64,000 nt of DNA from Octopus bimaculoides (lineage: Eukaryota). Every line of letters begins with the position of its first letter. The first letter of the stretch is position 1. Location of the stretch: contig NC_068981.1 in assembly GCF_001194135.2 (NCBI RefSeq), positions 116,194,830 through 116,258,829 of the forward strand. Direction: 5' to 3'. The notes below the pieces were generated by a model. It was not told the origin of the DNA, ran no database searches, and saw nothing but the letters and a program-made list of their open reading frames with translations. The position numbers and the translations under genes were made by a program. Positions 27,900-39,848 of this stretch are shown in pieces.

Positions 27900-28700
27900 C
27901 TAGAACCTCCAGTCTTCTCCGCCTAAAGGAACTTATCACCTTCACATTTTCCATTTATATTTTCTATAAAAACACTGGCTTCCACTTCTACCAACATTTT
28001 CCTTCGCGAAAACCACCTGCATAAAACGTGTCATCTCCTATTTCCAGTTCCAACAACTCCGCAGACGATTTTATTCATTCTACGAGTGTATCCATCCATC
28101 CTTATGCAAGCTGCGTTTCTTATGACTCAACCAGTGATCGCATCATAAATTTTATATCTCGCGTCCGGAATACAACCATGCGACACCTCATTCATCGCAT
28201 TCCTTCCTTAAACTCGACCGCAACCAACGCACATTCGTCATCCACAGCTGCTCTTTTCACACCCATGCCCCACTCAGATCTGTTCCTTACTTTCTTTACT
28301 GCTGGCACACTTACACTTGCCTTTCCAAATCATCACTTTCATCAAACCTACACACTATACGTTCCACTTAAGGGATTCATTTCGATGAAAGCCTAAAAAC
28401 TTCATATGCACACCAATGTTTCAGGTGCAACATGATCAACATCGGATAAATCGGCTGCCGACAATCCGACAGGTTTGCATAACATCTCAAAGACATCAGA
28501 CTTGTCAACGAGTTCCCTGTTTCTCGAAATTTCGGTAGCGATAACCGCTCCACCTAACACCTTCTGGTCTTGGAAACCAGTATAGGATGCCCCCTTTCCT
28601 TTCTCAAAACGTACACATTCATCGGACCAAATTCATCACTCCCTCCACTTACACTTGAAGCCCCTCGCATCAAATTTAGATTTCTCCACCTTAACCTTGC
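27900..28700 (+). mobile_element. Highly decayed second Penelope-like element (RT thumb to GIY-YIG; Neptune-like)
   Basis: ISYFQFQQLRR resembles the thumb IPxSQFLRLRR motif; HQCFRCNMINIG.IGCRQSDRFA.HLKDIRLVNEFPVSRNF (about 28400-28540) resembles the GIY-YIG CxxC-YIGE-R-RFxEH pattern. Confidence 0.55.
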
Positions 28701-29849
28701 TGCATCCCTCTTCCTAGCAGCCCCCTGCACTAAATTCTGTCACCTTCGCCTCACACGTCATCATTGTCTCTCAAGCACTTACTAATACATATATATACAT
28801 AAATGTGCAATAGTGTTTGTTTGTGTGTGTGTTTGGGGTTACTCTAACCCCCCTCCCCACACTGTCAAACCGATTTTAATGATTTTTAGCACATAGGTAG
28901 ATCACATGCCCTGAATTTCAAATAAGACTGGAATTTCTCGAAAACTCAATAATGTTCAGTTGGCATCGATTTTGTGAGCTCAATCGAACGTTTGAATGGA
29001 AATTCCTATAACGATGTTATTTTTTCCAGCAGCTTTTGCATTTTTTCACGTGTAATATTTCCACAGAATCTATAGAATTAAATAAAGGCCTTATGCAACA
29101 CCGCTCCTTCAACAAAACTCCGTCACCTGCCCTGATCATTTTTGCTCCGCCTGCCACACATCTACTCATCCTGCGACAGCCTGCCGAGTCAGATATTACA
29201 TCTTAATGGGTAATAGTTGGCAAGAGGAACGTAGAAGATTTCAATACAAGGTCAGAGGCGGGCTTAACTTCAACACGGAAAACACGAGCAACGAAGGATC
29301 CAGCAGCTAGTTTTTCACATAAACACATATAAAGCTTCTTTTAAAACACTTTCCGTCTTGCATTAATACTTTTCATTTACACACGTATATTCACGCATGC
29401 ATAATCATTTGTCATCTAACATTTGTTTTGCTGACACATACACACACATATGCACGCACGCACATACACACAACCTATCATACTCAAACTCAGACACAAA
29501 CTCAAACACCTTATTCGGGCAGACGCATATAAATCTTCGCACACGCACATAGACCTACACACATATACTCAATTCATCCACAGCTTTTCTCGTTTTCACA
29601 TGCACACACCAAGGAACAAGCACATACACGTGCCCAAACGCACCTAATTGTTACATGCAGAAGCATATACAATCATTGGTACTCAAATATATACGCACCC
29701 ACTCTCGACTTATACACACACATACCCACACCGTTACGGGGGCACACAAACACACTTACGTACTCATGCATAGTACACTCACGCATAAAAGCACATATAC
29801 TTCAACACATCAAATTTTCAGTATTGCTTAAAAGCTGTGTCTCACATTT

Positions 29850-30250
29850 CCTCCCTACAACTTTTCACCTCTGCTTGACAGCTACTGACACCTGAGGTTA
29901 CCGATACCCGCTCATGCATTCTTCCCTTGCTGCTTCCTCTACTTACTATACATACTTTATTCAAACAGTTAAATCTTCTTCCTACCGCCATTTTTATTCC
30001 ACAAGCGTCAAGTCTGGCTTTGGACCTATTCACTACATTTATTTTTCTCCATGTATTTTACCAGCTTCTTCATTACAGGTGTTTGTTCTCCTTAGTGGGT
30101 TTTATCATTATCTTGCAAACTTCTGGACACTCTACCAAGCTCTCGGGAATTTTAACCAGTTCTTTTTATTTTCTTTCATTTTTCTCAGAATTCATAATTT
30201 TTTTTTTCTCTTTTCAAATCATATTTTAAACCCTTCCTTTTCGTTACAAA
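29850..30250 (-). mobile_element. Very decayed CR1/Jockey-group RT remnant
   Basis: Minus strand VMKKLVKYMEKN, ARLDACGIK, RVSVTSGV resemble RT segments leading to SGVPQG. Confidence 0.35.
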
Positions 30251-30785
30251 ACGTTTTCTCTCTCATATGTAAATTTGTTACTCACTTGTACACACATCAA
30301 TAAAATATAGCTTTGCCATTCCATCCGATTAACTAACATTTTCCTTTGAACTCTCACCTGCTTTCTTCTCCTTATATGCTCATATTCACGCAACTCAGCA
30401 AAATATTACACACAAATGCACATACACATATTCTTCAGCACGCTTCCACTGTAACTACTACCAGTATATTTCCATATTTGCAAACCTCTATACACAGAGT
30501 GCACCATATTTATACAACTAATACACTCTTATGTTGGCATCTACACACCTACCACTTCCTGCTTCTTAACGCACTCCCAGTGCAGTACTCCTAGATGCTT
30601 TCTCAATCTTCGTCTAATTTTTTCACTGACTATTTCCCTTTCTCACTGTCTCAACAGATCTCTCTTCTGATGAACAACTAAAATTGGAAACCCTAAGACA
30701 CTTCCTCTTTCCGTAAATGTGTTAAGCTAATATTTCATTTGTCATTGTTCTTCCTGGATTGTTCTTTTTGTTATTCTTTGTATTT

Positions 30786-30863
<78 letters not shown>

Positions 30864-31911
30864 TGCCTGTGTTTGTCTTTGTGTGTGTGTGTGAGACTCA
30901 TGCATTCAAATGACCAAATTTCATACAACAGCATAGTGAAAGAAGACAAGTCTGATACAAATTTTAGCATTTGCTGCGTGTATAACATTTATCTGCTTTT
31001 TATTTGATTCTACCGAATGAGGCCTGGGGATGAATTCAGCTTTAAGCACCTAGTGAATTACAATGAAAAATGATGTGAAAATATTGCATGCAGAAAGAAG
31101 TCTACGCAAAAGTCTACATATTCGGCACTAGCTGAACACCAGATACCTCGGCTAGTAACTCTAATAGTCAATTGATAGTAACATTTATTTAGCAAATGAA
31201 TTTTAATTGCACACTGTCAGAATAGTGATATGTTTGTAGTGTAGCGCACGAGCGTGTTTAAGAGTGTGTGTGCGTGTGTGTGTGTGTGTGTCTGTGTGTG
31301 TGTGTGTGCTATATCTCTGTCATTCTGAGAGGAGCATAGAGTTGCACGATCAACGGAATTACTTGCTTCTGAATTAACGTGTGACTGACCATTCGTCAGA
31401 ACTGTAACCTTAATCCTCAGGCAAAAGAAAAGTGACATAATGTGTACTGAAGATACAAACCCCTCTACCATCATCTCCACATACACACTCACAAACACAC
31501 ATGTATGTATACATGTATATATTGGCCTGACTACTAATTTTCAAACGGAACATACGGTTCTGTTTCAAATGGTGCCTTAGTCAAAGGTAACCATAGAGTC
31601 ATGCACACACAAACATACACTCACATACATACACATACACATAAACGCCCATACTCACACATACATAGGATGGAATTCTGATAGTTTCTGCTTAACCTCT
31701 CACAAAAGGCACTGAGTTTGACTTCACCATTAGAACACAACCATTTCTGCTAAACTCCCGACTGCATGATGTTGCTGCCAACGTCTTGTAGGACGACTAA
31801 GCGCAACCAACAAACACAGTACAAACAACATATGTGTGATATTAACAAGTTTAATTATATTGCGATGCCCAAAAGTTTAAAGACTTATACAACAATATTG
31901 TTCTTTTCCAG

Positions 31912-32327
31912 GAGGTACGCAATTCGTCAGTGTGCTCGATGCAACACGGGTATTTCTGCACAAGAACTTGTCATGAGGGTGCGTGACCTAGTGTACCATC
32001 TAGGCTGTTTTGTGTGTGAAGGCTGTAACAGGCCATTGACCAAGGGGGACCATTTCGGCATGAAAGGCGATCTGGTTTACTGTCGGACAGATTATGAACT
32101 CTTATTTCAGGAAGGATGCAGGGAATATGTACCATTGAGGGAACAGAGAACAGATGAATCAGGAGGCCATAACGAAAGTTTATGTGATGTCAGACCTCTG
32201 GTAGCTGGACTTGAAAGAGGCCATATCCCATCTAACTATACTGGAGTGGTTCTGCCAATACAGCCAAAAGGTAGATCACGTAAAAGAAAAACAGCATGCT
32301 TAAATGCGACGCTAAATTGCCAGGCTG
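31912..32327 (+). CDS. Lhx2/9: Lhx2/9 exon encoding LIM domain 2, linker and basic motif
   Basis: Acceptor ttcttttccag ends at 31911; donor gtgagt at 32328 (phase 1). AG|G junction gives KEDYYR-RYAIRQCARC in frame with the 1486-1727 exon. CARCNTGISAQELVMRVRDLVYHLGCFVCEGCNRPLTKGDHFGMKGDLVYCRTDYE matches Lhx2/9 LIM2; downstream KGRSRKRK resembles the family GRPRKRK motif. Confidence 0.95.
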
Positions 32328-32391
32328 GTGAGTAAATGACTTCATTATTATAACGTCTTTCTTCCTTCCTTCCTTCCTTTCTTTCTTTCTT

Positions 32392-32475
<84 letters not shown>

Positions 32476-32723
32476 TTTTATTTCTTTCTCTCTCTCTCCC
32501 CTCCCACACNNNNNNNNNNNNNNNNNNNNNNNNNNNNNNNNNNNNNNNNNNNNNNNNNNNNNNNNNNNNNNNNNNNNNNNNNNNNNNNNNNNNNNNNNNN
32601 NNNNNNNNNNNNNNNNNNNNNNNNNNNNNNNNNNNNNNNNNNNNNNNNNNNNNNNNNNNNNNNNNNNNNNNNNNNNNNNNNNNNNNNNNNNNNNNNNNNN
32701 NNNNNNNNNNNNNNNNNTGTGCG

Positions 32724-32774
<51 letters not shown>

Positions 32775-32824
32775 ACGTGTGTGTACATATATGTATGAAT
32801 ATATGCATATATTTATATATTATT

Positions 32825-32869
<45 letters not shown>

Positions 32870-32895
32870 GCGAAGAAAATGGAGAGCATACACAG

Positions 32896-33164
32896 AATAA
32901 TTAATATATTTATTATAATAATAGTCATTTCATGTTGCCTACGCGCATTTCGGTTAATTCCTTAAATACATATTTAGACAATTAAATTGCATTATGAATT
33001 TGAAACACCAAAACCCTTCATCAGTCAATTTTTTCCCTGATGAAGGTTTTACTTTCTCAAATTCATAATGCAATCTAATTGCATAAATATAAATTTAAGT
33101 AATAAACCGAAATTTGAGTAGGCAACATGAATTGACTATTGTTATAATGAATGTATTGATTATT
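32896..33164. repeat. Long inverted repeat (arms 32896-33024 and 33037-33164), each arm carrying a hammerhead core
   Basis: Arms are about 80% identical reverse complements with a 12-bp spacer; each reads CTGATGAAGG...AACCGAAAT(6 nt)TAGGCAACATGAA in its own orientation. Confidence 0.9.
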
Positions 33165-34314
33165 ATGAGTACACAATCTCCCTTTTCTTTACTCTGTTAA
33201 AATTTTTCTCCTATATCGAGTGGAAACTTCTATAGCGACAACTAGAATTTCAAAAGTGTGAAGTACTAAAATCGTAGAAGAGCCAACGATAAGCACTAGT
33301 ACATATGCACATGTGGAATTTCCAGTATCCTCAATTGACATAAAGCTAAACTGGTATACGCTTGGACAAGTATCCCGAAAAAGAACCACTCCTTCCACAC
33401 TGACTTATATGTACATATGCATATATATATAGATTCAAGTGAATATGGTACTTAAGTTTAGGCACCAGAATTAAGTATAGTATTATCCAAAATGTTTTTT
33501 TGTATTCTTTCTTTCTACTTGGAGAGTTTAAATGTAGTTATAAAATATGTCCTTTTGTTGAAATGTAATTTCAGTAAATTTCTATATCTTTGTGCAGCTG
33601 AGGATTGCTTTGCATTTTATATATGATGTAATGTTGACATTGCTTAATGAAATGGAGTCGCATGAAACGATCGTACTGCATTAACTTTGAATATCTTGTT
33701 GCTTATTTTGACTATATATATGTCTGTCATACCGGCCATGACGAAAGAAAATAACCCTGAAACTCGAGTCGCCTTTATATATTTATATATTTGATCCTTT
33801 ATATTGAACACTCAATATTTCATCTACATTCAATATTTTATTTCATGGTGCCATCCATTTTTATTTTATTTTATATTATATATTGTATATTATATTATAT
33901 ATTGTATATTCCATATTCTATATCCCACATTGGTTCTGCAGGAATATAAATAAAACATAAAAAACAGACAGTGTTGGAACTCTTTTAAACAAAATANNNN
34001 NNNNNNNNNNNNNNNNNNNNNNNNNNNNNNNNNNNNNNNNNNNNNNNNNNNNNNNNNNNNNNNNNNNNNNNNNNNNNNNNNNNNNNNNNNNNNNNNNNNN
34101 NNNNNNNNNNNNNNNNNNNNNNNNNNNNNNNNNNNNNNNNNNNNNNNNNNNNNNNNNNNNNNNNNNNNNNNNNNNNNNNNNNNNNNNNNNNNNNNNNNNN
34201 NNNNNNNNNNNNNNNNNNNNNNNNNNNNNNNNNNNNNNNNNNNNNNNNNNNNNNNNNNNNNNNNNNNNNNNNNNNNNNNNNNNNNNNNNNNNNNNNNNNN
34301 NNNNNNNTATACAC

Positions 34315-34690
34315 ATATTAATAGTTATCGCCAAGCCAACATGGCAGTCCAAAAAATAGGACGAATGCTGCCGTTGATTAGCTCCAAGAAGCCATCGACT
34401 CTAGCTAGCTATGTGACACACGAACTTGTGTCCTTTATAACCTTCGAACAGAGGAGGTCAGCAGCTTCCCTTTGCTGGTTTGGCATCTACAGACTAGTTC
34501 CAAGGTATTGCCCCTTGTCAATGTAGAGCAGCCGAACCCAGCAGGCGTCGCTACTGACCGTCTGTACGAAGGATTATTTATCTAATTTCAGTGGAATACA
34601 TCCACTGGTTTTCAGAAATAGAGATATTAATATTTCTAAGTCTCTCTATTTTTTGGACTGCCATGTTGGCTTAGCGATAACTATCAATAT
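34315..34690. mobile_element. MITE-like element with 45-bp terminal inverted repeats
   Basis: 34315-34359 and 34646-34690 are 43/45 reverse complements; TA near both outer ends; no ORF. Confidence 0.6.
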
Positions 34691-35129
34691 CCAGTGCCGC
34701 TGCCGTAGTCTCCTTTAGAGAGACTTAGAAATATTAATATCTCTATNNNNNNNNNNCTCTCGATGCAAGCAAACAATTCACGGGAAAAAATAATTCCCAA
34801 AAATTAATTTGCTAAAAATATCATTAATTTTATTATCTGGTATGACTATTTAAAAAGATGATAATAACAGAATCAATATTACAGGCAATTTCAGGCCCAA
34901 GAAAAGCATTAAATGACTGAAGGATTAAAATTAATCAAAGGACATACTAAATATGTCTACTTGATGGAAATATCAGTCAAAACTCTTATTTAAATCCTCA
35001 AAAATACACTACAGAAATCAACTGAAAGCAGATCAGGTTAATAAAATCTCCTAACATACATTTAAGTATTATGGCTCGTGTGGACCAGTTTCTGCACTGG
35101 CAAAAATATCGCCTTAGCTTTCTCAGCAT

Positions 35130-35250
35130 GCGTTACCATGATAGAAACGCAAGTCGACATCGGCCGAATTTGAGCTCAGGACGTAAAGACATATGAAATA
35201 CTGCTAAACATTTCGTCTTGCGTGTTAACGGCCTACAAACTCATGGTTTT
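35130..35250 (-). mobile_element. SINE head fragment abutting (AAT)n
   Basis: gtcgacatcggccgaatttgagctcaggacgtaaagac...gctaaacatttcgtc is the reverse complement of the head seen at 43706. Confidence 0.6.
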
Positions 35251-35257
35251 AATAATG

Positions 35258-35311
<54 letters not shown>

Positions 35312-35353
35312 GAGGGGTTTATCATAGCAGCCCAAGATCAATGCCTACCTACA
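35312..35353 (+). mobile_element. Start of a 5'-truncated R4/Dong fragment running into an 817-N gap
   Basis: EGFIIAAQDQCLPT immediately after (AAT)n matches the pre-zinc-knuckle motif also seen as ETEALICAAQEQAL at about 41980. Confidence 0.6.
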
Positions 35354-36170
35354 NNNNNNNNNNNNNNNNNNNNNNNNNNNNNNNNNNNNNNNNNNNNNNN
35401 NNNNNNNNNNNNNNNNNNNNNNNNNNNNNNNNNNNNNNNNNNNNNNNNNNNNNNNNNNNNNNNNNNNNNNNNNNNNNNNNNNNNNNNNNNNNNNNNNNNN
35501 NNNNNNNNNNNNNNNNNNNNNNNNNNNNNNNNNNNNNNNNNNNNNNNNNNNNNNNNNNNNNNNNNNNNNNNNNNNNNNNNNNNNNNNNNNNNNNNNNNNN
35601 NNNNNNNNNNNNNNNNNNNNNNNNNNNNNNNNNNNNNNNNNNNNNNNNNNNNNNNNNNNNNNNNNNNNNNNNNNNNNNNNNNNNNNNNNNNNNNNNNNNN
35701 NNNNNNNNNNNNNNNNNNNNNNNNNNNNNNNNNNNNNNNNNNNNNNNNNNNNNNNNNNNNNNNNNNNNNNNNNNNNNNNNNNNNNNNNNNNNNNNNNNNN
35801 NNNNNNNNNNNNNNNNNNNNNNNNNNNNNNNNNNNNNNNNNNNNNNNNNNNNNNNNNNNNNNNNNNNNNNNNNNNNNNNNNNNNNNNNNNNNNNNNNNNN
35901 NNNNNNNNNNNNNNNNNNNNNNNNNNNNNNNNNNNNNNNNNNNNNNNNNNNNNNNNNNNNNNNNNNNNNNNNNNNNNNNNNNNNNNNNNNNNNNNNNNNN
36001 NNNNNNNNNNNNNNNNNNNNNNNNNNNNNNNNNNNNNNNNNNNNNNNNNNNNNNNNNNNNNNNNNNNNNNNNNNNNNNNNNNNNNNNNNNNNNNNNNNNN
36101 NNNNNNNNNNNNNNNNNNNNNNNNNNNNNNNNNNNNNNNNNNNNNNNNNNNNNNNNNNNNNNNNNNNNNN

Positions 36171-36259
<89 letters not shown>

Positions 36260-36379
36260 TAATAATAATAGAGAAACACAAACGCTTCTTCCGAGAAAAT
36301 ACAGAATTTGAATTAAACATTAAAAGTTATTCGCAAATCCCAACATATACCGAGTAATTAGTTATATTCATTTGACATT

Positions 36380-36597
36380 ATGCCAACACTACTACATACA
36401 AAGCAAGCAAGAAATGGTATAAATATGTACCAAACAAGGTTCAGGACAACGATCAGACCACAATGATTTGAGATATGCCGGTTCAAACCGACAAAGAAAT
36501 CGAAACGAACCACCCGGTCATAATAAGCAAAGATTGGGAAAAAATAACTGCTCATTGATAGATATTGCAGTTCCTACTGAACAGGATATTGCTTCCA
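36380..36597 (+). mobile_element. R4/Dong RLE-domain fragment
   Basis: WYKYVPNKVQDNDQTTMI.DMPVQTDKEIETNHP...NNCSLIDIAVPTEQDIAS. Confidence 0.65.
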
Positions 36598-36971
36598 TAC
36601 CATGTCCCCACTCGGATCCTTCCCCTGCTCCTTCCTTCACTTTCATACATGCTCTTTCCTTTCTCATACCACCTTTCTGAGGGAACATAACCACACCACT
36701 TTCCTCATTAGAGAATACTTCCGCTGCACATACATTAGGTTAACCTAATGTCTCCTTTGTGATGTTTTCTATATCTGGCATACCGACCGCCGACTCACTG
36801 ATAAATTCACACCACGAGGATATTCAACTTAGCAACTAGTCTCCTATGTGTATGTATTGTGTGTAACGATGGGGTCACCACTGTTGTAACCTTTTATATG
36901 CAGCAATTTATATGTAGCTGGAATGAATTATTATTCATTGAAATGGCCCACTCTTTTCATCGTTAGAATGT

Positions 36972-37088
36972 ATGACAACCCGTCTTATAAGGGTACACCA
37001 GGCACATGCATCACAACCATATATGCGCGACATGCCGATCTTAAGATCAAGATTAACAGCACGTGACCTTGCAGGAGGGGACCATGTT
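36972..37088 (-). repeat. Internal fragment of family X, inverted
   Basis: cccgtcttataagggtacaccaggcacatgcatcacaaccat is the reverse complement of the segment at about 3445-3490 and 40970-41020. Confidence 0.75.
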
Positions 37089-37114
37089 AAAAGTAATAAT
37101 AATCATAATAATAA

Positions 37115-39696
37115 AAGTAAAAATCTCAACGATTCTATGTGGCGAAAGGATTAGAAAACGATAACATTCCCACAAAAAGCCTTCTTGGCAAGAGCGTATC
37201 AACACCAAATTAAGCTACTCAGGTCTGACAGAGAATGTTTTTAGAAACCTTAAGTCTGACAAGACTATCAAACCTACAAATCCCCGAAATTTAATGAAAA
37301 AATATAATATGAAAACAATACTTGACATTGATAACACCATAAAAACCATCAAGCAAATGTATGTGCTAAAGCTGCCCCCATAGCAAGGTATGAAAAGCGC
37401 GCTAGATTCTTCAGGGACAACAACATGGTCAAAAATAACCTCAAACATTTTTACAGGAAGATAGGGAAAATACCAGTTACAGTAAAATCTGTCCCATCAA
37501 GAGAAGTGCAGGAATTTTGGAATAAAATTTGGGCAGAAGAAGAAACACACAATGAAAAGGCCTCTTGGATTGATAGAATATCTACAGACTCTTTTGAGGG
37601 GCAAAAGTGGGAGTGTGTCAATGTAGAAGATATAACATCTGCTCTCAGGAGGTCAAGCAAATGGAAGTTTCCAGGAAAGGATAAAATTCCTAACTTCTGG
37701 TTGAATGCCTTCCCAGAGAGCCATGAACTGCTAACGATGTTTGGCAACATCCTAGTATGATACCCTCTTGACTAGTTAATGGTTTAACATTCCTACTTCC
37801 AAAAAATGAAGAAACAAATGAACCAAAAAATTATCGACGCATAACCTGCTTAACAACAATGTAAAACACGCTAACATCTGTCCTGACTGAATATACCTAT
37901 AGTTTCTTAATAGAAAGTAGCATATTCCCTAATGAGCAAAAAGGATGTAATCGTGGATCTTATGGTTGTAAAGATCAGGTACTTATCAATAAGATGATTT
38001 TAGAAGAATGTCATAAACGACACAAAATCTTGTCAATAGCCTGGATAGACTATAAAAAAGCTTTTGATAGCCTACCACATAGCTGGATTAAGAAATGTCT
38101 GGAAATGTATAAAATAGCTCCTACTCTGCGAAACATTTTGTCTGTAAGCATGAGATCATGGAGGAACACTCTGACTTTGAACAGTGACAATGAATCTCTA
38201 AATGCTGGTGATGTAAGAATTACATGTGGCATTTTCCAGGGTGACTCACTATCAACACTCCTCTTTTGTCTAACCTTAATTCCTTTTTCAAAATTGCTCA
38301 ATGATGCACAATACGGTTATAAAATGTTTGATAAAAATATAAATCATCTCATTTACATGGGTGATTTAAAGCTCTTTGCAAAAAATAACCAACAACTCAA
38401 GGGCTTACTAGCGATTGTTAAACAATTCAGTGATGACATCAGGATGCAATTTGGCCTCGATAAATGTACAAAAGCTACCTTTATCAAAGGAAAAATTACA
38501 AAAACATCTAATGCGAACCTTGACCAGCAAAATGGCATAAAAGAGTGAGTTAGAACCAGCAGAGAGCTACAAATACCTAGAGGTAATTGAAGGGGACGGA
38601 ATCAAACATTCAGTGATGAGGGAAAGGATCAGAAGAGAATGTTATCGCAGGGTGAGTGCAATACTCAAGACAGAGCTGAATGCAAGAAACAGGATCGAAG
38701 CGATCAATACTTTAGCCATACCAGTCGTGACTTACAGTTTCAATATAAGTAACTGGTTAATTACTGAAATATGTAATCTTGACAGAAAAATGCGAAAATT
38801 GTTGACAATGCATAGAATGCACCATCCTAGATCGACTTTATCTGCCAAGAAAAGAGGGAGGCTGTGGATTTTACAACTGGCATTAACAATGAAGATTACC
38901 ACAATCGGCCTGGACACCTACATGAAAAACTCTGAGGACTGGATATTAAAACTTGTCTCAAAACCTGAATACAAGAAAGCATCATACTCAGTAACAAAAT
39001 AGGCAAAGGAATATATAAGTGAATTCCAGAATTTGACGTACTAGAAACAAGCAGAGAAAAAGCTATGCGTATGAAAACCCGTACTAAAACTGCTGCTTTA
39101 GATATTCTTGCTGATTAATTGCAAGAAAAAATTTTCAATGGCAGATACCCAAAGAGAGCGATCAATGCCGATGTTGACAAAGACCTTACCCATCAATGGC
39201 TAATGGCTTCATGTTTAAAATCAGAAACAGAAGAATTTATCATAGTAGGAACTACCAGGCCATCATATTAAAGAACGGCAGCTACCCAACATGTCGTAAT
39301 ATATCAACAACAAAATGAAACCACTGATCATGTTGTCTCCATGTGCAGTTTTCTTGCGCCTACAGAATATCTCAACAGGCATGACAGAGCTGCACAATAT
39401 ATTCACTGGGTAATTTTCAAAAACCTTGACTTGCCCCATAATAAAAACTGGTGGGAACACAAACCACCTCCAGTGCTTGAAAATGGTCACATCTCACTCC
39501 TCTAGAACTTCGCCATTCAAACTGACAGAAAGATAGATGCGAATAGGCCAGACATCATATTGAAAGACTTCAGACAAAAATCATGCCTCCTCATTGATAT
39601 GATTGTCCCAATCGATATAAACGTATCTGACTTTTGAGGTCTTTGGGTGAGACTTGGAGCCTACTTGTACAAATGCAGAGCAAAAGTGAAATATAT
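37115..39696 (+). mobile_element. 5'-truncated R4/Dong-clade retrotransposon: RT, zinc knuckle, partial RLE, 3' UTR, (AAT)n tail
   Basis: AWIDYKKAFDSLPHSW, GIFQGDSLS, YMGD (YxDD mutated), FGLDKC, NRIEAINTLAIPV, ETTDHVVSMC, NRPDIIL...LLIDM (39542-39600); the RLE C-terminus is deleted, then a 3' UTR ends in (AAT)/(AAC)n. Confidence 0.9.
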
Positions 39697-39700
39697 AATG

Positions 39701-39734
<34 letters not shown>

Positions 39735-39756
39735 CAACAACAACAACAACAACAAC

Positions 39757-39848
<92 letters not shown>

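Larger units (their letters stand above)
1728..31911 (+). other. 30,184-bp GT-AG phase-2 intron between the LIM1 and LIM2 exons
   Basis: Canonical GT...AG ends and frame-preserving join of the two LIM exons; no intervening coding exon seen. Confidence 0.85.

Noticed and set aside
30667-30700. CTGATGA-A-CAA(6)TTG-GAAA motif
   Set aside because: Helix III and helix I cannot form; likely chance.
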